A model generated the notes under the pieces. It ran no database searches. It was not told the origin of the DNA and saw only the letters and a program-made list of their open reading frames with translations. From a virus, in IMG/VR virus record IMGVR_UViG_3300018080_000019, positions 1 through 64,000 of that record: 64,000 nt of DNA. One strand, 5' to 3'. Below, piece after piece: positions 40,912 through 49,109 of the stretch. Position 1 is the first letter of the stretch, and each line of letters begins with the position of its first letter. Position numbers and translations under genes: made by a program.

Positions 40912-42249
40912 ATGCCGAAACTGACGAATAGTCTCGAGAAACGCATAGAGGCTTTGAACTTCTTGTTCAGCTTACTAAAACCCGTTCCCAAGGAGTGGCT
41001 GTCGGGGGAAAATTCTGGCGAAAAATCCAAGGCAAAGGGTATGCAACCCCTTCCGTGTAACAATTATAGGGAGCTCTGTGCAGCCTGGAAGGGGGCTCTA
41101 AAGTGGACTGACGGCTTGGACCGTGCATTATGCGTGATGCTCGCTGCAATCGCCAGCGTGGAGACTCTGGGTGAGCAGCTATGGGTGAAGATCATTGGAC
41201 CTGCATCGTGTGGCAAAAGCACCCTCTGTGAAGCGGTAAGTGTGAACCGTAGATACGTCCTAGCTAAAAGCACTATTCGAGGGTTTCATAGCGGTTATCA
41301 GACCGACGATAAAGCTGAAGAGGATCACAGTCTTGTGGCCCTATTGTCCGGAAAAGCCCTGGTAACAAAGGACGGTGATACGCTTCTACAAGCCCCCAAC
41401 GTAAAGCAAATCCTGGCTGAGGGGCGTGACCTGTATGACCGTGTCTCTAGGACGCACTACCGGAACAAGACTAGCCGTGACTATGTAGGGGTTCGTATGG
41501 TCTGGCTGTTATGTGGTACTAGTAGCTTGCGAAGCATCGACCAAAGTGAACTGGGAGAACGGTTCTTGGATTGCGTAATCATGGAAGGTATTGACGATGC
41601 CATGGAGGACGAGGTAGGATGGCTAGTTGCCAACCGTACTCAGCGGAACTTGGGGCTACCTACTGACGGTCGCGTAGAAACACAGTACCCCCCGGAACTA
41701 CGGAAGGCGATGCAACTCACCGGGGGATATATCGACTACTTACGGGAAAACACTAATGAGTTGCTGAACGGTGTTCGCCACTCCCCAGAGGCCCTCAAGA
41801 TGTGCCAACGATTAGCGAAGTTTATAGCAATCATGCGAGCACGGCCGAGCATTATGCAAGGAGAGTCTGCGGAGAGGGAGTTCAGTGCTAGGTTGATACA
41901 ACAGCTAATCCGTTTGGCCAACTGCCTCGCAATCGTAATGAACCGTGGGGAGCTTGATGAAGAGGTCTTACATAGGGTGTGGCAAGTAGCTATGGACACC
42001 GCTCGAGGGAGCACTTTGAAGCTAGCCAAGTCCATGTATGAAGAGGGTGATAACGGATGTGCGATACGGTCACTGGCTTCTGATATTAGTCAGAGTGATT
42101 ACACTACCAGGAACCTGATGCGGTTCTTAAGGAAGATAGGTGGTGTCCAATGTTTCAGTGCTGAGATAGGCAAGGGCCTTAGAGCAGAACGTTGGAGACT
42201 AACCCCTGGTTTGAAAAAGCTTTGTGAGGAGGTCAAGGCTTTTCCCTAG
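40912..42249 (+). CDS. P-loop NTPase, putative replicative helicase
   Basis: Walker A IIGPASCGKSTL. Lies directly after the primase. The helicase superfamily was not resolved. Confidence 0.45.
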   Translation: MPKLTNSLEKRIEALNFLFSLLKPVPKEWLSGENSGEKSKAKGMQPLPCNNYRELCAAWKGALKWTDGLDRALCVMLAAIASVETLGEQLWVKIIGPASCGKSTLCEAVSVNRRYVLAKSTIRGFHSGYQTDDKAEEDHSLVALLSGKALVTKDGDTLLQAPNVKQILAEGRDLYDRVSRTHYRNKTSRDYVGVRMVWLLCGTSSLRSIDQSELGERFLDCVIMEGIDDAMEDEVGWLVANRTQRNLGLPTDGRVETQYPPELRKAMQLTGGYIDYLRENTNELLNGVRHSPEALKMCQRLAKFIAIMRARPSIMQGESAEREFSARLIQQLIRLANCLAIVMNRGELDEEVLHRVWQVAMDTARGSTLKLAKSMYEEGDNGCAIRSLASDISQSDYTTRNLMRFLRKIGGVQCFSAEIGKGLRAERWRLTPGLKKLCEEVKAFP

Positions 42250-42282
42250 TATAATAGTATTACATACTATATACGAACATAC

Positions 42283-42301
42283 CTTGCCGTGGGCTATTAT
42301 A
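42283..42301 (+). promoter_or_regulatory. conserved 19-mer CTTGCCGTGGGCTATTATA (copy 2)
   Basis: Identical to 23581-23599. TATAAT at 42298-42303, and a second TATAAT at 42250-42255. Confidence 0.5.
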
Positions 42302-42367
42302 ATGGTTTTTGGGGGGCGTATTTTAGGACAGCCCCCACCCCTACACCGCTTTAGAAAGGGATGCACT

Positions 42368-42679
42368 ATGTACGTTCTAGTAGAGACTGATGCAGACGGC
42401 CTTATCAAATCCCTAACCTACCGTCCAGAAAGAAGGGCCGACCATTTGACCCTCTCCGTGTTCGTTAACGGGTTCATAAGCGGCCACGAGTTTTTCGTTA
42501 GCTGCGACGAAAAGCCTATCGCGAAGTTTGTTATGCAGGGGTGCCTAGAAATAGAGTCGTCTCACTCTCCAACACCTGACGAACCGCCCCCCTGCTTCAA
42601 GGAGCATAAGTCCTTGGCCGAACTATACGATCTCTTCGACAAGAGCCTGGGAAAGTACCGTGACAAGTGGGATAAGTGA
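42368..42679 (+). CDS. hypothetical protein
   Basis: Internal ATG (MYVLVETD) downstream of the promoter-like region. The track start 42224 lies inside the previous gene. Confidence 0.45.
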   Translation: MYVLVETDADGLIKSLTYRPERRADHLTLSVFVNGFISGHEFFVSCDEKPIAKFVMQGCLEIESSHSPTPDEPPPCFKEHKSLAELYDLFDKSLGKYRDKWDK

Positions 42680-42807
42680 AGTCCGCCAATCGCTAGTGCC
42701 TCACCAAATAGGCTTCACCCTAGAAGAGCGGATGATTCTATTAGAAGCCACGAGAAGGCAACTCAAAATTCCACCGATCACATATAAGGTGGGAAGAGGG
42801 AGTAAAA

Positions 42808-43509
42808 ATGCTCAGTAAACTTCGTACTAATGGAGCGAACCTCGATCGGCGAGTGTCTACGGATAAGATGCGGAGGTTTGCCTACGAGTATGTGGTCGAT
42901 CATAATGCTACGCAAGCAGCCATACGAGCGGGGTACAGCCGGAAGAGTGCTCGCTCCACCGGGCAGAAGCTGATTAAGAACCCCGCAATCCTCGCCTTCA
43001 TAGGTAAGATCGAACGTGAAGCTGTCGAACGCTCTGAACTCTCTACGGACCTAGTACTGCAACGACTTTACGAAGCACTTAACTGGGAAGCCAGAGACCT
43101 CACAGATGAGAACGGAATCCTCCTCCCACCCCATGAATTGCCAGACCACGTTCAGTGCCAAGTAGACACCATCACCCAGCGGGTTTTGAAGGTGACTAGT
43201 TACGAGGATGGGACTACAGAAACACTCGTGGAGACTCGTTACCGTATGGTTCCTCACGGACAGGCTCGCGATCAGGCCCTCCGGCACTTAGGCCTCATGG
43301 AACCGGAGCAACATCTACACTTGCACGAAAGCGGCCCCATCCTAGGCCGAGACTTCTATGATAAATTGTCTGAACCGCCCGAGCAAGACGGCGTCGAGTT
43401 GATCGAAGGTAAGTTCCTAGAACTCGACGAGTCTCTAAATAAACCGCCGAAGAAAAAGAAAAAGAAGCGTAGGAAGCGAGCAAAACCTAAAAGGAGGAGT
43501 GATGACTAG
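42808..43509 (+). CDS. terS: terminase small subunit
   Basis: FAYEYVVDHNATQAAIRAGYSRKSARSTGQKLIKNPAILAFI is the typical Terminase_2-type N-terminal HTH. Basic C-terminus. Confidence 0.75.
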   Translation: MLSKLRTNGANLDRRVSTDKMRRFAYEYVVDHNATQAAIRAGYSRKSARSTGQKLIKNPAILAFIGKIEREAVERSELSTDLVLQRLYEALNWEARDLTDENGILLPPHELPDHVQCQVDTITQRVLKVTSYEDGTTETLVETRYRMVPHGQARDQALRHLGLMEPEQHLHLHESGPILGRDFYDKLSEPPEQDGVELIEGKFLELDESLNKPPKKKKKKRRKRAKPKRRSDD

Positions 43510-43663
43510 AAACAAGCACACCCCAAACGCTAAAGCCCATCGTCGTAAGGACAAGGCTCGCAAGCTGGCAGAACAGCTAGGTGAGGAAACAGACAAGCTG
43601 CGAAAAGCTGCCCTGAGAAAACGCATCAAGCGACTACGAACACTCAATCTCATACGCAGATAA
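43502..43663 (+). CDS. 53-aa basic protein (tentative)
   Basis: ATGA overlap with the terS stop. MTRNKHTPNAKAHRRKDKARKLAEQ... Below the track threshold. Confidence 0.3.
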   Translation: MTRNKHTPNAKAHRRKDKARKLAEQLGEETDKLRKAALRKRIKRLRTLNLIRR

Positions 43664-43675
43664 AGGAGCGAACAA

Positions 43676-44158
43676 ATGAACCGTCACAACCGTCGTAGTA
43701 TTCTGGGGATGCTCTGTTCAATTGCCTTATCCCCTTTTCTCGTAAAACCAAAGACACAGGAGCCGAAGAAGCCTGAACACTATTCACCTGTGGAATTTTT
43801 CACTTGGGTTGATAATTATAAACCCTGGACAACTTCTTCCAAGTTCAATTGTCTTGAGTACGGTGGCCCTCCCAAGAACATGATCTTCCTGGATGGTGTT
43901 GACATTTCTAGCTATGCCATCCATCGAATGATTACGGGACAGTACGGCTGGGTTGAAGTCACTATTGGAGAGGATGGTTGGCCCTTAGAATACCACAACA
44001 ACGTAAGCAGGAAAAAGCCGAAGATTAAGAACGGTCTTCCCGAAACCAAGAGGCTTTATGGCCGCGTCGATTACGTTCGTGGTCCTTGCCATTCTTCTAA
44101 GCAACCCCGCGATAAATACGGCAGGTTCGTTTCTCGGGTATACGTTATTAGAAGCTAA
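43676..44158 (+). CDS. hypothetical exported protein (Tat/Sec-like signal)
   Basis: AAGGAG upstream. The N-terminus MNRHNRRSILGMLCSIALSPFLV resembles a twin-arginine or lipoprotein-type signal. Confidence 0.45.
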   Translation: MNRHNRRSILGMLCSIALSPFLVKPKTQEPKKPEHYSPVEFFTWVDNYKPWTTSSKFNCLEYGGPPKNMIFLDGVDISSYAIHRMITGQYGWVEVTIGEDGWPLEYHNNVSRKKPKIKNGLPETKRLYGRVDYVRGPCHSSKQPRDKYGRFVSRVYVIRS

Positions 44159-44355
44159 AGGTGCTGTTCGTTTACTGTTTGATCCAGTCCTTAACATGTT
44201 GTAAAGGAGGTCCTCGCCAGTGAAACGAAAACGAGGTGTAGAAAAGGCTATAGAATAGCCCCCACTAATTCGAGTTCCGCCCTCTAACAGTTTGGCGAGC
44301 TAGTAGGGCGGGGCTCTTATACCATCCCACACATATCTGAGTAGGAAGTGCCTGG

Positions 44356-45960
44356 ATGAACAACGTCTGTGACCCGCTACGACTCCGCGACCTGCTTTGG
44401 CCTGATGTGGTCTTCTACGACAAGCAAGTCGATATCATCTACAGCGTTTGGAACGACGATGAGACGGTAGTCCCCGCTGGAAATATGTTAGGCAAGGACT
44501 TCGTGGGAGCGTTCATCATCCTGGCCGTTTTCCTAACACGTAACCCTTGCCGTATCATTACGACCAGCGTGAAGGATGCCCACCTTGACGTTCTATGGGG
44601 CGAGATGAACCGCTTCATCCAAGAGGCCGCGAGTCCCCTCCGCGTAGAAGAAGGCGGCCCCCTCATAGTCAACCAAAAGTTCATCCGCAAGATTTACGAA
44701 GGCGAAGTTGAGCCGCTGAGCTACATACGTGGGATGGTAGCTGGTCCCGACACGGTCCAATCATTCCAGGGACATCACATTGCCAAGACCGGCGACAGGG
44801 TTCCTAGAACGATGCTAGTCGGCGACGAAGCTAGTGCCCTCAGTCCAGTCATCGTGGATACGATGGCCCGTCCATGGGCGAACCGTATTTTCCAAATAGG
44901 CAACTGCTGGGACTGTCCCCCAGACAACTCTTTCCGTTCCGCCGTTGAAGGTGTTCCCGGAGGGCAAGCTGGTGGAGACATCCCTGACCCTGACAATCCT
45001 GGACGCTACTACCGACGCGTGATCAAAATCCGTGCCGAGGATAGCCCGAACGTTCAATATGGTCTACACCAGAAGCGTATGGGATTGACTCCTACGGACG
45101 AGATGCTCATCCCCGGTGTGCTCAGCTACAGCGATTATATAAAGCGACGCAGAACGTGGGACCCCATCAAGCAGACGGTCTCCTTGGATGCCGAGTTCTA
45201 CAAGGGTCCACAGATCGTAATGTACCCCGAGGAGTGGCTGGAAGAAGCAGTCGCTCGAGCCGCAAAACTCTCCAGCCTCCGTACGGGTCTGGCGATGGGT
45301 GTAGATAGTGCGATGGGTGGAGACAATACGTCGTTCGCCGTTACTGATACCCGAGGGCTTATCTACCTTGAAGGGCTTAAGACGGTAGACACTACCCTGG
45401 TCGTAGACAAGGTTCTCGAGCTGAAGCATCGCTTCCAAATACCTGCGGAGAACATCCTGTTCGACTACGGTGGTGGAGGCAAGCCTCACGTAGACAGAAT
45501 GCGACGTATGGGACACGCTGTTAGAGCCGTCCAGTTTGGAGCAAGTGCAACTCCGTTCAAGCGACGCGGCGTTACTACTCTTCAGGAAAGAATCCGGGCG
45601 GATGAGATTCGCCTTGGATTCAAAAACCGAAGGGCCGAAATGTACTGGCTGCTACGTGAGGTTCTAAATCCCAACTATCCAAGTCCCTTCGCCCTCCCCT
45701 CGAAGCTGCTCTATGCAAAGCGGCTCGACGGTGGACCCAGTCTGTATCACCAGCTTCTGGCCGTTCCGCTTCGCTACGACGAGGAAGGCAGAGTGTACTT
45801 ACCACCGAAACGTGCTAGGACAGACGACCCTCGAGCCGCTGACAAGGAGACTATGACTAGCCGAACGGGTTGTAGCCCTGACGAAGCTGATGCCCTGGTG
45901 CTAGGCGTATTCGCCTTTGCGAAGCAAATTTACCGTGCAACAGCGGGAGTAATTAGCTGA
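44356..45960 (+). CDS. terL: terminase large subunit
   Basis: Walker A-like VPAGNMLGKDF and Walker B MLVGDEAS. Nuclease acidic residues in AMGVDSAMGGDNTSF and CSPDEADALV. Confidence 0.8.
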   Translation: MNNVCDPLRLRDLLWPDVVFYDKQVDIIYSVWNDDETVVPAGNMLGKDFVGAFIILAVFLTRNPCRIITTSVKDAHLDVLWGEMNRFIQEAASPLRVEEGGPLIVNQKFIRKIYEGEVEPLSYIRGMVAGPDTVQSFQGHHIAKTGDRVPRTMLVGDEASALSPVIVDTMARPWANRIFQIGNCWDCPPDNSFRSAVEGVPGGQAGGDIPDPDNPGRYYRRVIKIRAEDSPNVQYGLHQKRMGLTPTDEMLIPGVLSYSDYIKRRRTWDPIKQTVSLDAEFYKGPQIVMYPEEWLEEAVARAAKLSSLRTGLAMGVDSAMGGDNTSFAVTDTRGLIYLEGLKTVDTTLVVDKVLELKHRFQIPAENILFDYGGGGKPHVDRMRRMGHAVRAVQFGASATPFKRRGVTTLQERIRADEIRLGFKNRRAEMYWLLREVLNPNYPSPFALPSKLLYAKRLDGGPSLYHQLLAVPLRYDEEGRVYLPPKRARTDDPRAADKETMTSRTGCSPDEADALVLGVFAFAKQIYRATAGVIS

Positions 45961-46014
45961 AAAATCCCTGCCCTAAAACCCTGCTATAATGAGCAGTCAG
46001 AGGAGAATTGTGCT

Positions 46015-46563
46015 ATGCCCACCCCCGGCATTATCGGCACTCGTGCAAAAGTGCCTCCGGAAAGACAGCCCCTCCAAATAGCTTTGGACTGGGAAAAGTA
46101 TTTCCAGGAGTTTCTCAGGCACCACGGCGGAAACCCGATCCTACTCATGGACGAGGCCTTGGAAGCCCCTGCTCGGTGGCTGTTCCAGGACGGTTGGACG
46201 TACAATGCCAACGACTACGCTGGACCGGAGTGGCCCCCTCCCAAGGACCCCGATGCTCTAAATGCTTTGATCCGGCATTACTGGCTAAGCCGGTTGGAGA
46301 TCGTTGCAAGGGAGCTACGGTGGATCCATGAACGGATTGAAAAACTTGAAATGCTCCAGGAAGTAAGGAGTGTTCCACTACAAGCAAAATACAGCATCCT
46401 TTCAAGTATGCGAAATGAAGACGGTAGGGAATCCTTTCGAATGACCACCGAACGAGGCCCCGTCGATTTTGAGCTACTCAACGCTCGCAAGAAGGAGCTT
46501 GAGTGGGATGTTCAGAATTGTGAAAACCACTTGGAGGAGCAAGAAGGAGTGTCAAATGTTTAG
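46015..46563 (+). CDS. hypothetical protein
   Basis: GAGGAG upstream. Lies between terL and the portal. Confidence 0.5.
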   Translation: MPTPGIIGTRAKVPPERQPLQIALDWEKYFQEFLRHHGGNPILLMDEALEAPARWLFQDGWTYNANDYAGPEWPPPKDPDALNALIRHYWLSRLEIVARELRWIHERIEKLEMLQEVRSVPLQAKYSILSSMRNEDGRESFRMTTERGPVDFELLNARKKELEWDVQNCENHLEEQEGVSNV

Positions 46564-49108
46564 AAGCATTCCAGGGTCAGGGTTCAGCATCTACGGTGGT
46601 TTCCAAGACTACGCGATGAATCAGGAGAACAGAGCCCTACTACAGAACTCCATGACTTCGAGGTCTAGGCTGCTTAGCACGGTGCTGGATCCCCGCCGAG
46701 ACATTGACAAAGAATGTGGCTACCCTGAAACGGGTTCCTTGGACGTTTACAAGTTCAAGGAGTTATACACTCGAGAACCCATCGCTGCTCGAGTGGTCAA
46801 GGTCTTGCCTGAAGAGTGTTGGGCGACTACGCCTGAAGTCTTCGAGACGGAGGACCCAGAAGAGAGTACGGCCTTTGAAAAATCCTTCGACGAGCTAATT
46901 GCTTCGTTGCGTGGGGAGCATAGCTGGTATCAGGGGGAAGAGGGGAACCCGCTTTGGGAAGCACTAAAACGAGCCGACCAACTATCGGGCATCGGTTACT
47001 TCGGCGTATTGCTGATTGGGCTCGACGACGGCCAGCCGCTCAGCAGTCCAGTGAAGGGCCTCACTGAAAAGAACTCGATGCCTCAGGCAGAAAAGCCAAA
47101 GGCAGAAAAGCCGGAGGAGCCGGAGGAGTCGAAAAAGAACGGTAAACCTCTGCCAAAATCACTCCCTAAGGAAAAAACCAAGAACGCCTCCTACGAGAAG
47201 TACGAGTTGGTTTGCAACCAGGAGAAAACGTCTAACCGCAAGGTCCTGTTCTTACGGTCGTTCGACGAAGCCCTGGTCCACATTTCCCTTTACGAAACCA
47301 ATCCCACTTCGCCGAGATATGGAATGCCGGTCCAGTATAACATCATGTTCAACGACCCACAAGAGCGAAGCACCGTGGGGATGGGAGCACCCCTGCGGAC
47401 GCAGATCGTCCACTGGACTAGGATCGTCCATATAGCGGACAACCTCGACAGTAGTGAGATATTCGGCGTTCCCAGAATGCGTCCAGTTTACAACCGACTC
47501 TACGACTTGCGGAAGTTGTATAGTGGTGATGCCGAAATGTTCTGGCAAGGAGCCTTACCAGGACTCTCATTTGAAACGCATCCCCAGCTAGGTGGCGACG
47601 TCAACATCAGTGCCGAAGATACGCGTGATGCGGTTGAACGATATTACAACGGCCTCCAAAGGTTCTTCCTCACCAGTGGTCTTTCAATCAAGTCCCTCTC
47701 TCCACAAGTCTCAGACCCTACACCCCACATCAACGCTCAGATCGAAGCGATCTGCATTGAGCTAGGCATCCCCAAACGGATTTTCATGGGTTCAGAGCGA
47801 GGGGAACTGGCAAGCGGTCAAGACAGTGGTACATGGAACGACCGGCTCCGGGCAAGGCAGAACAAGTACCTCACTCCTCGAGTCATCGTACCCCTGATCG
47901 ATCGCCTGATCCTTGTAGGTGTTCTAACTCCACCCCAAGAAGGCTATTCTGTACGGTGGCCCGATTTGGATTCCATGAGCGATATGGAGCAAGCACAAGT
48001 CGCAGGAGCAACTACGGAAGCCGTTGCCAAGTATATCCAGGGACAGGTAGAGACGCTAATCCCACCTGAGTACTTCCTCGGGGACATTCTGGGCTTCGAT
48101 AAGTCTCAAGTCGAGGAAATCCTAGAGGCTGCTTTACAAGTCCAGGAAGAACAGCAAGCCGAAGAGGAAGCTGAACGTGAAGAGGCTCTAAAGCAACTTG
48201 AGCAACTGCCTCCAGGGCAGCAGCCTCCACCTCCAGGGCAGCAACCACCTGGACAACAGCCTCCTCCAGGCAAGCAGCCCCCTGGTCAACCTCCAGTACA
48301 ACAGCAACCTCCAGGCGTTCCGCCCCCTGGCTTGCCACCGAAGGGTAAGAAGCCACCGAAGATCATTCCTAAGGAAGATAAGGTGGCAAAGAACTACGAC
48401 ACGTTCCAACAGGACGTTGACGATGTGGCTAACAAGTTGGGGTTGACCCCCGAAGAGCGGGAGGAAATGGTCGAACGGTACACAAAGGAATATAGGATTG
48501 AAAACTACAGTCCCAATCAGCCTCGTGATTCAGATGGAAAATTTGGTTCAGGTGGAGGAGGGGGTGGTGGAAAGCTGACTAAGAAACAGCAAAAACGAGT
48601 CAAGTCCCTTATGGAGGATCTAGGCTTCAGCCGGGAGGACGCTGAAGAGATTGCCCTTATGCCAGATGAAGATGAACCGGGCGACAGGGGTGGTTCTCTC
48701 GAGGATAAGGACGAGGCCATCAACGAGGGGATCGAGGAATATAAATTTCCAACCACTCTATACCACGTAGTTGAAAGCCGTAAAATCGCCGACTCAATAA
48801 AGAAGGGTGGGATCAAGGCAAAGAAGGGGGGTAAGACTGGCACTTCCCGAGGAGCATACCTCAGCGACGATCCAACTGGGGTAATACAGGCAGGTGACTT
48901 TGATCTTGGTGATCTACACATTGTAGCAGTTGATACTAGAAAACTGAAGATGCGACTGGACCCGGAGTACTATCTTGACTATACAGATGGTAGCTCAGTT
49001 CAAAGAGCTCTAAAAGCCAAAGACGAATCGCACTATGTCTACAGTCCCAAAACTATCCCAGCTTCTGCTATCAAGTCTGTGAAGAAATTCAAACCACGAG
49101 GCAACTAG
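46556..49108 (+). CDS. portal protein (DUF1073-like) with PQ-rich linker, delimiter motif and extra C-terminal domain
   Basis: ATG 46556 (MFRSIPG) with GGAG upstream. ECGYPE...YKFKELYTREPIAARVVKVLPEECW is typical of this portal family. PPGQQPP repeats at 48207-48357, the motif at 48503-48571, then a 178-aa domain. Confidence 0.7.
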   Translation: MFRSIPGSGFSIYGGFQDYAMNQENRALLQNSMTSRSRLLSTVLDPRRDIDKECGYPETGSLDVYKFKELYTREPIAARVVKVLPEECWATTPEVFETEDPEESTAFEKSFDELIASLRGEHSWYQGEEGNPLWEALKRADQLSGIGYFGVLLIGLDDGQPLSSPVKGLTEKNSMPQAEKPKAEKPEEPEESKKNGKPLPKSLPKEKTKNASYEKYELVCNQEKTSNRKVLFLRSFDEALVHISLYETNPTSPRYGMPVQYNIMFNDPQERSTVGMGAPLRTQIVHWTRIVHIADNLDSSEIFGVPRMRPVYNRLYDLRKLYSGDAEMFWQGALPGLSFETHPQLGGDVNISAEDTRDAVERYYNGLQRFFLTSGLSIKSLSPQVSDPTPHINAQIEAICIELGIPKRIFMGSERGELASGQDSGTWNDRLRARQNKYLTPRVIVPLIDRLILVGVLTPPQEGYSVRWPDLDSMSDMEQAQVAGATTEAVAKYIQGQVETLIPPEYFLGDILGFDKSQVEEILEAALQVQEEQQAEEEAEREEALKQLEQLPPGQQPPPPGQQPPGQQPPPGKQPPGQPPVQQQPPGVPPPGLPPKGKKPPKIIPKEDKVAKNYDTFQQDVDDVANKLGLTPEEREEMVERYTKEYRIENYSPNQPRDSDGKFGSGGGGGGGKLTKKQQKRVKSLMEDLGFSREDAEEIALMPDEDEPGDRGGSLEDKDEAINEGIEEYKFPTTLYHVVESRKIADSIKKGGIKAKKGGKTGTSRGAYLSDDPTGVIQAGDFDLGDLHIVAVDTRKLKMRLDPEYYLDYTDGSSVQRALKAKDESHYVYSPKTIPASAIKSVKKFKPRGN
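48503..48571 (+). repeat. delimiter peptide motif copy 1 (portal)
   Basis: NYSPNQPRDSDGKFGSGGGGGGG. Confidence 0.85.
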
Positions 49109-49109
49109 A

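Noticed and set aside
44159-44355. Possible tRNA or pac/cos site in the terS-terL region gap
   Set aside because: No T-loop consensus or acceptor pairing is present. Only a weak hairpin was seen (CCGCCCT...AGGGCGG). I cannot support a packaging-site call from sequence alone.
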